Assembly (NCBI RefSeq): GCF_004010195.1
Contig: NC_057720.1
Location: forward strand, 23,970,458-23,990,968
Direction of reading: 5' to 3'
Source: Chiloscyllium plagiosum
Taxonomy: Eukaryota
Length of the DNA: 20,511 nt
This document shows positions 1-11,305 of the stretch, piece by piece. Every line of letters starts with the position of its first letter. Position 1 is the stretch's first letter. Under the pieces are notes generated by a model that was given only the letters and a program-made list of their open reading frames with translations, had not been told where the DNA came from and ran no database searches. Made by a program: the position numbers and the translations under genes.

Positions 1-163
1 CATTTAAAAGGAATGAGGATGTGCAGTTCAAATGTTATAACCAACAAGATTATGGACTAAGTGCTTGAAGGTGAGATTAGAAAAGCTGGCTAGTTTTAAT
101 CAGGTGGCACACACAATGGACCGAATGGCTTCTTCTTGTCTGTAATATTTCTGTGCCTCTATG
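1..163 (+). mobile_element. CR1-type LINE 3' end (decayed, truncated by window edge)
   Basis: 'gattatggactaagtgct...gagattag...acaatggaccgaatggcttcttcttgtctgtaatatttctgtgcctctatg' follows the recalled CR1 3'UTR pattern (GGGCCGAATGGCCT...TGCTGTA...TTCTATG repeat tail); same architecture as 19740-19831. Confidence 0.7.
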
Positions 164-480
164 GAGCCCGCCCAGGGTATTTTGATGCAACCATCAGCTC
201 ATGTGAATTTCAAAAAATATTTTATGGACAATGGTAAATTCATACCAATGACTTTGTAACAGTGTGTTTCATTCATTTTAGGAAAGCCAATCTTTCCTAT
301 GTCGAAGCAAATGAAACTGCTAAATTTGATTTTTATTGATGAGTGTGAATTTCAAATGGCAAAGAAACCTACTCAGGCAAACAAGAAATAAATCCTTTTT
401 TTGAAATTTCTTAGTGTTTTTGTGGAATTATGCTTCCAACATGTTGTCACCATCAGATGGGCACACCTAAATCATTGGGA

Positions 481-540
481 AAATCATTTTAAAATACCTT
501 ACACCCAAATGAATTGTAGTCACTGTTGCATTGTACGTAA
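481..540 (-). mobile_element. Highly decayed SINE tail fragment (Deu-domain SINE-like)
   Basis: 'aaaataccttacacccaaatgaattgtagtcactgttgcattgtacg' resembles the recalled reverse-complemented tail 'aaagtgctttacagccaatgaag...tgtagtcactgttgtaatgtagg' of shark DeuSINE-type elements; short match only. Confidence 0.3.
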
Positions 541-1545
541 TTGAACAGAGATGAGCTGTAGGTATTTTTCCCCACTGTAATGATTACAAACTAAACAGAA
601 AATATTTACAATTAATAATGTGAAAACAATTCAAAATTTCATTAAATATGACAGATTTCATTTAAAATGGTCCCATATTACATTTAACTCTGATGCTATT
701 CCTAAATATTTTAAAGCATTTTTTTTCATATAATGCAATAACTTGGCTCATAAAGATTTACCTAACTGGTCCAGGATGATTTTATACTGGAGGAAATTAA
801 GAAAGAGAGAAGACACAAGATCACTAAAAATAGAAACAATTGCTTTATGCTCAAAATGAAATTGTGAGAATCAAGCAGGATAGATGAAGTCAGTGTAATC
901 TGTTTGAATTAGTGTCAATCCACCAATACTATACTAAACTCTTCTTTTCAATATTTGAAAAAGAGATCATGTAATGAAATTTCCTTGGTTGCTTTAGTGT
1001 TTTGCTAGATATGTCTGAAAATTTGCTGAATGATTCATTATAAATATATTTAAAAAGGATTTTACTTTAAGAATGTGAAGACTATTATTGACTTCTATTT
1101 TATCCTTTACCTACCTTCCACAGCCACCACAAGAACAGAATCAGTGGAGTTGAAGGAAGAGTTAAAATAGTTGAATGCCACAACATGATGCTAACTTATT
1201 ACTTTCCTGACCACCATGATACTTCAGGGCAGTATAGGGTCCGGGCAATGCACTTATCAAGTATAGGGAAGGACATGCTTAAGATTCAGAACAGCCTGAT
1301 TATTATCTCATCACTACCTCACCCATAAGTGGCAGTCCTCTGCTCTCTGTTGTAGGGCAAGAAAAATACAATGGCAGGAGCCAATTGGCCAGAAGAGACC
1401 CAGGTTAAGTTTTACAGTTTTTCTTCTCATGGGTGAGTAGGAGACTAAGTGTCCGTGCAGGCATCACAAAGAAACCTTTGACCTCCCAATCCACTGCCAT
1501 CAACTGATGATGCCTGGACTTACCCCTTCATTAATCATGATTGTA

Positions 1546-1800
1546 CTTTGACTTGAATTAGCTTTAGCTCTATTGTCACATGTACTCCCAAGAGTACAGT
1601 GAAAAGTTGACAAGTCACCACTTATGGCGCCATCTTAGGTACAAAGGTACAGATTCTCGACTACAAATTCTTAGGAAAAAGAGTTAGAAAAATAAACAAA
1701 AAGTCCAGAATTATAGGCATTCAAAAATACAAAATAATAATAAATTAGAAAAATGAAGAAATAAAAAATTCAGAATGATAACATAACGAAGAAAAAAAAT
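1546..1800 (-). mobile_element. Non-LTR retroelement 3' tail (family unassigned)
   Basis: Minus strand reads '...gtacctaagatggcgccataagtggtgacttgtcaacttttcactgtactcttgggagtacatgtgacaatagagctaaagctaattc': a GTACTC/GAGTAC hairpin, then GTGACAATA and a short repeat tail, typical of fish LINE 3' ends, preceded by a T-rich 3'UTR. Confidence 0.5.
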
Positions 1801-2326
1801 GTTTAAAAAAGGACTTTATGATAACACCTTTGTAGACTGCTACGTTGCAACCAATCTCCAGGCAAGGTTAGTTCATTATAATTCAGACTGGATATCCACG
1901 AATCATTTACCCTCAAGTAAGAAAGAAAGGACAAACTCCCTTTTTATTCAACCCCTCCTTTATCTTAGTTGGGTGCAACAAGGTAATTAACACAAGAGAT
2001 CCCTTCACTCATGGATATTTTTACTAGTCACTTTATATATAGATTTTAAAAGGAAGTAATTTAAATAGTTTTGAGGAAAGAGGGAGTTTATTAGTTACTA
2101 AGATGTGAGGAAAATAATGGAACACAATACACAGATTTAAAAATGAGAAGTAAGTACAAACAATAACATTTCTTACACTAAAAAGATACACAATTCTTTG
2201 GCTTGTCCACGAGGAGTAGATGGTGAAACATTGCAGTTGGTAAGTTAGCTGATTACAGCTGGGTAGCTGAGCAGTGGATCTGAAGATCTTTGGTTCTACA
2301 AGTTAGCTGGAATGAGTTCTTCTGTT

Positions 2327-2460
2327 AGGTAAAAACAATGACTGCAGATGCTGGAAACCAGATTCTGGATTAGTGGTTCTGGAAAAGCACAGCAGTTCAG
2401 ACAGCATCCGAGAAGCAGTAAAATCGACATTTCGGGCAAAAGCCCTTCATCAGAAATCCT
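2327..2460 (-). mobile_element. Penelope-like element pLTR fragment (copy A) with hammerhead motif
   Basis: Homologous to 11151-11279, 16790-16877 and 20192-20290; the last is joined to a Penelope-type ORF fragment. Flanked by gttcttctgtt (2316-2326) / gttctcctgtt (2461-2471). Confidence 0.85.
2424..2455 (-). ncRNA. Minimal type I hammerhead ribozyme motif (C-to-U change in stem III)
   Basis: Minus strand: CUGAUGA-A-GGGC-UUUU-GCCC-GAAA-UGUC; core and stem II intact. Confidence 0.6.
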
Positions 2461-2647
2461 GTTCTCCTGTTTCCTTTTCAATGGGTAACTTTGCTGCATT
2501 ATGACTTACTTCCAGTGAAAGTCCTTTTCTTTACCTAATGGATGTTCTCCAGCTGCCATCTTCACAACAAACACCACCATGTCAAAATAGAACACCAAAG
2601 GATCACATACAGTAGCCCGTTTTCAACTATTATTTTTTAAACCCCTT

Positions 2648-2909
2648 TGAAATACCTCCACAGAGGCTGGGATCTTATCACCAAGTCACCCTTTATTTTT
2701 ATATGAATAGTCCTTGACTTTAGTAATGTTTCATTCAGAGTCAGATCAGCTGTATCTCTCATTCAGAGTCAGATACTAGCTGTCAGTAACTCTGATACTC
2801 ACCTCTTTTTAAATGTTAACCAAGGCTCCCTGATAGGGGCTGTTAATCTGATCCAATCAGGGAACTCATATTCTATAAGGTCCAGCTGACTGACCTCATA
2901 ACAATTACA
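2648..2909 (-). mobile_element. Solo LTR (about 260 bp), probably Gypsy-type
   Basis: Minus strand begins TGTAATTGTTATGAGGTCAG and ends ...GAGGTATTTCA (TG...CA), with CCAAT-type motif (2853-2857) and AATAAA about 45 nt before the 3' end. Internal 16-bp duplication tcattcagagtcagat (2731, 2759). No TSD seen. Confidence 0.6.
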
Positions 2910-3828
2910 ATATACCACTCTTGTGTATTTTTGGAAAGAGAAAACACAGATACTTTTTTTTTAATCAAGGACTGCATTCCTTTCCCTCACATCCCGTCCA
3001 CAGTCACTGGAGATGGTTTCTGCTGAAATGACCAACAGCCTCAGTTATCTCTGGAATCACAGGGGATTACAGTTCAGTTGTTACATACCATTTCTTCCTT
3101 TTGAAATGCCTCTAACTGTACTACCTTCACAGACGCCAGATGCAACATTCCATACTCTCTCTCACAACGAAGTATAATCCACACAGGGATTTACCAATCT
3201 CTGAATTACATTTTCAGAATTTACATTCCAGGCCATTTGTGACTTGTATCTTGTTTTTTTTAAAAAAAAATTAATAGAAAAAAATCCTGTCATACCTAAA
3301 AGTTAAATATGTCTTTGAGTGAAATTCATTGTCATGGCAGCTATTGGGACCATTCCCACATCAATCTGATTGGATGTCAGCCAGATGTCTGCCAGTATTT
3401 AAGTAAAGTGCTGCTGTTAAACTGACAGAACTTAGTCCTCAGCTGCTCCCAAGTACCTACTGGTTTCCTGTCTCAATATTAAGATTTGCCATTTGTTCAG
3501 CATCCTGTCAGAAACAAGAAAACAATCACTTGATTTCTTTCTTCTGAAACTGGAAAGCTTTTATGACACTTAGCCATTCACCGTGAATATCCTCTACATT
3601 AGCTGCTGGTAAGTCTTGGGTATAGTTCTCTGTCCTATTGACAAGAATCAGCTGCTCTGCACGGACTGATATACTTTCAAAGACCTAATTTAAGAAGCTT
3701 CCAGTATCTGAATGTTATTTTAGTCAATGCAAAAATTAAAATACAAGAAATAAAAATAAAAGACACGGCAGTTAGATTTTATTGATTCTGTTTCTAAATG
3801 GCAAGCTTAACTATCCCCCCCGAAGATT

Positions 3829-3988
3829 ACAGTTTAAGGAATTGGGGTTTAGAAGTGAGATGAGAAGTAATTTCCTCACCAGAGAGTGGTGAGCCTGTAG
3901 AATTCTCTGCCACAGAAAGCAATTGAGGACCAAACATGAAATGTTTTCAAGAAGGAGTTAGACATAGTTCTTAGGACTAAAGGGATCA
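3829..3988 (+). mobile_element. CR1 LINE ORF2 C-terminal fragment
   Basis: Decayed codons for F-R-x-E-M-R-x-N-F-x-T-Q-R-V-V-S-L-W-N-S-L-P-Q-K-A...F-K-K-E-L-D, the conserved end of CR1 ORF2; contains a frameshift and a TGG-to-TAG stop. Confidence 0.8.
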
Positions 3989-5042
3989 CAATGGAAATAG
4001 GTTTTTGTGGTCATTATTACTGATACCAGCTACCAGAAATTCACCTCTAGCTGTATCACTGATGCTGGGTTGCCTGCAGCGTTTGATTGGATAACATTGT
4101 ACAACAATTTTGCTCCAATTTTCTACTTTGTGAAGATCTCCTGAGGAATAAGCTGGCAAGCAGGAGTATAGGTTAACTGTTGGAAAAAAATTATCAATTT
4201 CATTTCTACTAATGAAGTTAAAGCATAGCTATTCCAATGACTTGTTTTTTCAATGATGTAGGTATGGCCATTTTCATAACAAAAGGCTATAGTGACTTCA
4301 ATTTAGCATTCGTTAAATCCTAATTCTGGACATAACACTTTGCCCAGGTAGATTAGAATTAGCAGTCTCATTTGTCAATACCATTGAAGATATTGCTGAG
4401 TTTAGAAAAGGCTTCATATTAGTAATGTCCTGTTTTTAAGAACTTTGGGTATGTTAACATATGTTAATAGATTGAAACCTGTTGTTCACTTTAGCCGAAA
4501 ACCTTTATTCTTTATTTACATTTTCAGGTTACCATTTCTTATGTCCAGCTGCTTTGGCTCTCAACTTTAATTGAAGCCTTTTGAATCCTGTACCATGATT
4601 ATTCTTTTATCTCCATCTGCAGTTTGTTCAGTTGTATCATACTGTCATCTAGCAACTGCATAAAAATTGTACATTTGCATTGTTAGTCATTCAGAAAAGG
4701 GGAAATTGCTCTTATGATATTGTTATTAACATAAGGGACATTTTCAGTACTGGTTACCTGAGTATTTCTTGGAATAGTCCAAAGATCATGTTGCTTCAAG
4801 TGTATTCTATCAAAATAGAAACAGTTGATATTTTAAATAATGCTCTATTGTTTTGAATTCACTAACCTTTGGAACGTGCTTCAGGATACTGTGCACATTG
4901 TGATGTTTAAATGCCAGGGCAAATTATGTTTGACCTTGCCGTGCCCCTAAACCACTTGTTGGCTAGCCGAAATGAGTATGTATCCCAACCAATGCTGCCT
5001 GAAGCTAATTTGAACTGAATCATTAAAGGAACTCTTTGGACA

Positions 5043-5092
5043 GCCAAAATAGCTCAGTTGGGAGGTCTTTGGTTCAATCTCTGATTTTGGCA
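5043..5092 (+). pseudogene. tRNA-Phe(GAA) pseudogene lacking the anticodon arm
   Basis: GCCAAAATAGCTCAGTTGGGAG + GTCTTTGGTTCAATCTCTGATTTTGGCA aligns (42/50 by hand) to positions 1-22 and 46-73 of the recalled vertebrate tRNA-Phe GCCGAAATAGCTCAGTTGGGAGAGCGTTAGACTGAAGATCTAAAGGTCCCTGGTTCGATCCCGGGTTTCGGCA; acceptor stem GCCAAAA/TTTTGGC still pairs. Confidence 0.85.
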
Positions 5093-5109
5093 GTGAATCC
5101 TTTTGGACA

Positions 5110-5490
5110 ATGGGCCAAGTAGCTTCTTGCAAAAGGAGTTTGTGTCAGTGTCCCTTTCTTTGATCCAGGAGATCAGAGTTCAAATCTTCTCTGCTCCAGA
5201 CATGTCTGATAACATCCTGGATTAGGTTGATTAGAAAATATCTTAATGGAATTCTTAGGCTCATGTAATGCAGTGGTACTGTCCCTACCTCTGGGGTAGG
5301 AAGACCTGGGTATAAGTCCCATCTGCTCCAGATGAATGTACCTCTGAAAAAGTTAATTAGAAAATATCTTCGGGAACTCTTTGAGGGGGCTCATATGGTG
5401 CAGTGATAGTGTCCTACCTTTGATCTAAGAGGCCTGGGTTCATATCCCAAAGCTATGTTATAGCGTCTGTGAACAGGTCAGTGATTAAAA
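5110..5490 (+). repeat. Three diverged tandem copies of a ~126-bp tRNA-derived (SINE-like) unit
   Basis: Recurring blocks: (t)gtccct (5149, 5281, 5411), tctgctccaga (5189, 5322), attagaaaatatctt (5230, 5356), ggctcat..tgcagtg (5258, 5388); A-box-like TGGTGCAGTG and B-box-like GGGTTCA/GAGTTCAAATC. Confidence 0.75.
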
Positions 5491-8400
5491 AAAACAAATA
5501 ATTTTTTGTTAATTGGCAGGTGCTTGTAAAATCATGGCTGCTGCTTATCAGAAAGAGAACGTGATGTTGAAGCAGAATACCGATGCTTTCTCTCTATCTT
5601 CAACTGCTACCAATGCGTTGAAGGACAATCACTGAATTCTGATGACCACACTATTTCAAAGCCACCTCAGTGTCATTTTGTAAATTATCTTCAATTATCT
5701 AATTAAATTAAACTTTGTAAACGATCAATTAAGTCAATCATAAATGTCTGCATTCTAGACAATCGACTTTGAATTGTCCTGCTCAAGGATGAAACGGCCA
5801 CAGAGTCTATTGTAATCAGTGATTTGAAATGCAAAATAATTCCATGCACAAACTCACTGCACGGTGATGAACTTCACGATAGAAAACACAAATGTAATTA
5901 ATTAATTTTACAATTTGATTCACAATCTTCAAACTAGGAATGCAGTCCTGTCCTAAATTTGTTATAACTGATCTGATCAATACAGACTTCAGATTGGAAT
6001 TCAGTCATATGATAGGATGACCATCAGAGACGTCATGATAAAATATCTGCCAGCATAGTGTGTAGCAACAGGATGGGCAGCTACCATGAGTGAACCTGGA
6101 ACAGTTATATATGTTCCACTTCACACCAAATTGAAGTACAGCTACATTTGTCCGAGCTCTTCTGAAACGACTACTGGCTCATCAATATCAGCATGTGAAA
6201 GATTAATGTATTCGTATAGATGATAATCTCTTCGATTCAAGTATGACAACTCCCATCCAGCTATTTTAGCCAAGACAGATTAATGCCTGCATTAAAACAA
6301 CAGGTGGAGGAATGTCACATAAATACAGACAACATTCAGCTGCCAAATATATCACCAGTGATTTCTGTACTGTGATTAAAATGAAATGCTCTGATGTGAA
6401 ATCAACAAATGGCTCCTCTCAAAATGCAAAGTCTCCTCTCTAATTCAGCACACAATCAGTGCATTTGGACAGTGGAAAATTATACCAGCATGCCATTTAC
6501 TTTATATGCATATTCTACATAGTCATCAGCATAAAGTTGCTCAGATACATTAGGATGAATTTTATCAATCATCTAAGAAGTATCAATTTTGACCAATTCA
6601 TGGAAGGTTTCTTTGTGAACCGTAGTGACTTTTCTTACACTCTTCTTCAAAGTGCACCTCAATAGCCATGCAGCATACAACCACATTCACACTATTGCCT
6701 GTTCATTAATTACCAAAGTACCCACCATTGTTGCCCGCAGGTGTCACTTTTATGGTAAACTGTGATTACTCCTGCTTCAGAGATGACTGTCATCAATCTG
6801 TAATGACCAAAAACAAGGTCAAGATTGCTAATGACCAGGATTTATACCTCAAACAGTTGGATACCATGTGCATTTCACATGCATGGTGCTATAATTACAG
6901 AGTTCTTCAAGCTGTACTGTGAAAGTGCCTAATTAATGCAATTGCCTCTTGATGGGCTTCAAATCACTCACATGAGAGCCTGCATACACAGGGAAAAAAA
7001 CTTACCCAAAGCAATTCTAATACAGTGCAGTAAATTCCCATTTCCAGTATGCATTTATGATTTGCATGAGTATAAAAGGCAACATAGTTGCCAGCTCAGC
7101 CTGGTAAAGAAAAGCCCATTTCCCTGAATCTTCATGTTCCTTTTTTTCTCATATTCCCTGTTGAGCCCATTTGTATTGAGCTTCTAAATATTCCTGAGCA
7201 CCTGTATGAATGGTAACTTTGTCTCCAAACTTCAGCCCCTGAGCCCGAGCCCTACAACTGAGTCATACCAACTATCGAGCTGCATTGTTCCTCTGTCAAA
7301 GCAAGGTTGATTGTGACTTTTGAAGATCTATCCCTTCTACAGTAACCCGTGTCCTCCAACCCACTATCACCTGCCCCTTCCGATATGTTGTTTTACTCCA
7401 TTCATAATTATTGTTGCCTCTACATCCCAGCATGTCACCTCCAATCTCCAAAATTGACATCGCCAGCTTTTCCTCCACAGTAGTGGGCCCGGAAAGCTTT
7501 TCTTGTCTTTTAATGAACAAACTCCGGGACTGACCATTGCCCACCATCTCCTCTCCAAGGCCATTTTAGACAGACAGATGTGACTGATGTGTGACTCCTG
7601 AATGATCTCTCTACAGTTTCTTGACTGACTTACTATGAGGCTTCAGACTGGCTGCATTGGATCCGCAGGGCTGATGGTCTGCTCAGTGACAGCAACTGCC
7701 AACCGTGTTCAAGCTCCTGGACTAGTTTCAGATGCTGCCCAATGTGTCAGGGCCCTCTGATTGAAGGCTATCTCCCTTGACTTCACTGAGGACAACTATT
7801 CTCCTTAGACTTTGAGACATGGCCATTTTATAGAAGCACATGCAGTGTGTTTGCTATGTAAGTTGTTCATTAAGGTTCAGATCTAACATTGACAAAGCAA
7901 CATGTCCACCCCCTTGACTGATCATTTCTGACAGCCATGATAAGCTGTCTGGCTTTTGTGTCTGCACTAAAAGGCAAGGCAAGACAAAAGTCCTGTGAGC
8001 CTTTAAGCTCAGAATGTGTGGGAAAAGTACAAGAAGGCGAGGCAGAAATGATCATCCACATGTGCAAAATGTGAGTGAGCACTAAGAGAGAAAAGTCCTG
8101 AGATGCACCCGGACCAATTGTGAGTTAGATGCCTGTCCCTGTACACTAAATGTCCTGGCAGCAATATTATATGAAAGGTGCCAATGCACTGCCAAGTGCA
8201 ATACTGAAGTGTAGAGCCATGTTGGAAGTGGGTGGAAAATGTTCCAAAATAATGCAATTGGGCTGGAATATATCTAGTACCAAATTCCATGGAGGAGGGG
8301 GTGTGGGTTTGCACTGCCCATGGAACATGCCCTGAGATGCTGGGGACAGCTGCTCACAATGAAGGCCCATAGGAACATGCTGCAATCTGTAATCACCAGG

Positions 8401-8760
8401 TCAGAAACTGACAATGTCTAGGTTCTATCTGCAGTGCATGACAGAATAGGAAAATACATACCAGTGAGGCACGATTAGGTTCTAATGGCATGCAAATAAG
8501 CCCTTCACCATTCATTTGCAAGATTTGCATCTCAATTCAAATTCAAAATTCAAACCTTTTGCAGAATCTGACTGGCTTTCTTGACATCGGAATCTTATTA
8601 CAGATCAACTCGCCGTACTTTTCCAACTGACTTGCCAAACCCCATGTTGCTTTACGGGTAGGGAAGCTTACACCTTTTTATTAATTCTCTGTCCCACTCC
8701 TGCTGTGCCTATTCCATCATCACCACCTTCTACCTCTCCAATGTAGGTCAAAGCACCTCA

Positions 8761-8930
8761 ACCTTTGGTTATATCATTCTAGACCTAACAGTGAGTTCAA
8801 CATCAGATGATACCCAATTCTCCCATGAGCTCAGACAATTTATGCTATTAATGGTTCTGCTGTCACCACTGACACTTCCTTCAAGAAGAACAAAGTGGGA
8901 TTGGTCTCCAAGCTTACACTGCTGAAAAGT
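8761..8930 (+). mobile_element. Very old L2/CR1-clade reverse-transcriptase remnant
   Basis: Frame from 8761 gives TFGYIILDLTVSSTSDDTQFS, resembling the L2 RT region PLGxIIxxHxVSFHxYADDTQLY; weak, motif-level similarity only. Confidence 0.3.
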
Positions 8931-9032
8931 ATGTACTGGATATCCGTTGAACTTGTTTGTCACTTGTTATTGAAGCTGAGGAGCCTGGACATTTACTTGT
9001 GATGACATGATTAGATTTGTCATTCACATATA

Positions 9033-9370
9033 GGAGAGACATTGGCCTATGGTATTACAAATAGACTGTTAATCTGGAGACCCTGGTAATGTTCTGGGGA
9101 TGTGATTTTGAATCTTGCCCTGGTAGATGGTGGAATTAAGAGTCTAACGATAACTATGAGTCCACTGTTGATTGTTGGAAAATCCCATCTGGTTCATTAA
9201 TGTCCTTCTTTTAGGGAAGGAAACTGTCATCCTTACCTGGTCTAGCCTACATATGACTGAAGACTCACAGCAATGTGATTGACTCTTAACTGCCCTCTGG
9301 GCAATTAGGAACAGGCAATAAATGCTGGCCTAGACAGTGACATCCTCATCCTGTGAATGAATTTTTAAAA
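9033..9370 (+). mobile_element. Near full-length tRNA-derived SINE with LINE-derived tail
   Basis: Head with A-box-like 'tggcctatggt' and B-box-like 'ttttgaatct', body 'cccatctggttcattaatgtcctt...gggaaggaaactgtcatccttacctggtctagcctaca', tail 'gggcaattagg...ggcaataaatgctggcctag...catcctgtgaatgaatttttaaaa'; recognised as an abundant shark SINE. Confidence 0.8.
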
Positions 9371-9986
9371 TTCTACAACATTGAGATATGCTGACTTGAT
9401 TTCAACAGCAAATAAAATAGTTCCATTGTGCTAGCTTTCTGAATAGTCAGCAGTGTGGCCCAGTGACTGGTTTGGCCTTCAAGTTCTTTGCCCTCTGCAA
9501 TATACCATTACTGGACCTTTCTTCAGCTTTCTCCTCTCTTCAGATCATTGGGCTGACCTTGTCCTTCACCCATCGCACTGTTCTGCCACTGAGCTTTACT
9601 TTACTCCTTGCCACTTGCTTCTGGTTTTATTGGTCTTGGCACCAGTTGCCACCTTGTAGTAAAATTAGGTCTGTCCTCAAGCAAATGAATATTATCAGGC
9701 TTTATTAAGCATAATTATATACATATGGTGATAAAACTGAACAACTCTGGAACCCTACAGTCTCTCGTTTCAGTTCCATATCCAGCCTCTGAGTGTTAAA
9801 TGCTATGGAGTTTTTTTGATCGACAGGAATGTGCTCATTGCCATTGGCTGGTAAGAAGTACAGAAACCCTACCAGCTGAAAAATCCTGTCCATGGCCTTG
9901 TTAATTGAGAATCTGGAGCTACTTAGAGTTTTAAAAATGTGGGGTATTTTCAAGATGATTTTGATAAATGCACCTCTTCATCTCTG

Positions 9987-10309
9987 ATATAGAATCCCTT
10001 CAGTATAGAATCAGGCCATTCCGCCCTTCGAGTCTGCACCGACCCTCCGAAAGCATCCCACCCAGACCCACCCTATCACCTGCATTTTCCATGGCTACTC
10101 CATTTAGCATGTACATCCCTGGAGACTATGGCCAATTTAGCCTTTCCAATCCCCTTAACCTGCACATCTTTGGACTAAGGGTGGAAATCATGGCAATTGG
10201 AGGAAACCCACACAGATACAGAGAGAATGTACAAACTCCACATGGTCGTCCAAGAATGGAATCAAATCTGGATGCCTAGCGCTGTGAGACCATTGAGCCA
10301 TTATGCCAC
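9987..10309 (-). mobile_element. HE1/V-SINE-type SINE
   Basis: Minus strand: tRNA-like head (gtggcataatggctcaatgg...gatttgattcc), V-domain 'ggagtttgtacattctctctgtatctgtgtgggtttcctcc...ccaaagatgtgcaggttagg'-like core, CR1-derived tail 'ggtgcagactcgaagggcggaatggcctg...gggattcta'. Confidence 0.85.
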
Positions 10310-11150
10310 TCCAACTGATAGGAGATCATCAGTGTCCTTTCTCTGTTGAGTTCCCAACATTGTGGACACTTCCCACAGGTAGCTCAATCAATGCTTTGTG
10401 CAGATCCATCATCGCACTCCAACTTTATTGAATTGTCTAATTAAGTAGACTTAAAATCTCTGTTTTATGTTACCAAAAATTATTGATTTGAACAAGGTGT
10501 TAGTCATGGCAAGAGAGTGTGAGAGCTGATGGCCCACATGAGAACTCACCAATTAAATGTTAATTTCATGCGAATTAACATTACTTAAGTGTTATTCTGG
10601 TACCATCATACAAATTGCTTAAGTGAACACTGACTGTATTGAACACACAGAGGGGTGGTCAAATAAACCATACCATTGCCAATAAAATTCCATAGCAGGT
10701 ACTGGCAATTACTAATGGCAAGATATATAAACTTGTGCATAATCTAAAATTTCCATGAACAAAAGTATAAAAAATGTGATGCTGAGCCTAGATTAAATGC
10801 CCAGGATCTCAGTTCGAGTTGGAAACATTAACATTCAAACTCAAAGTAAGCATGTTGCCAATAACATTGAACTGGTACTAAGTTTGGTTACATCATCATA
10901 CTCACTTTCTGTTAACTCATTGTTATAATGTAAAATTAAAGAAAAATGCAAAGTCTGCAAGATTTTAATTTGAACGTTAGATATCCATCTATAATTTTAG
11001 TTCCTGCTATCTTACCATAGGTTTAAAGTAAACAAGTTAAAACTCCTGATGAAATCGTAGAGCTGAATTTCAGATAATCTTGATAAAAATTCATATTACC
11101 CTCAGATGTACATGTGTGAATTATTTGCGACTTGGACTTGCCCAACACTT

Positions 11151-11305
11151 AGGTAAACACGAGGACTGCAGATGCTGGAAACCCGAGTCTAGATTCAAAT
11201 GGTGTTGGAAAAGCACAGCAGGTCAGGCAGCATCTAAGGATCAGGAAAATCGACATTTCAGGCAAAAGCCCTTCATCATTCCTTTTCCAGCACCACTCTA
11301 ATACA
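11151..11305. mobile_element. Penelope-like pLTR fragment with short inverted second arm (copy B), 16-bp TSD
   Basis: 11151-11279 is homologous to copy A; 11282-11309 is an inverted copy of 11185-11212; exact direct repeat gacttgcccaacactt at 11135-11150 and 11306-11321. Confidence 0.85.

Noticed and set aside
1085..1440. Acceptor-like site (ccttccacag, 1123) with downstream donor-like gtgagt (1433); similar acceptor-like sites at 280 and 4527
   Set aside because: No recognisable coding frame; such motifs occur by chance and cannot be supported without transcript data.
5864..5976. GTGATGA ... CTGA pair resembling C/D-box snoRNA boxes
   Set aside because: No terminal stem and no recognisable rRNA/snRNA guide complementarity.
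7296..8650. Short ORFs and GC-richer stretches suggestive of decayed DNA-transposon sequence
   Set aside because: No clear terminal repeats, TSD or convincing transposase motif found by eye.
9805..9816. ATGGA|GT candidate for a paralemmin-type upstream micro-exon
   Set aside because: Donor would be GTTTTT, far from consensus, with no promoter-like context.
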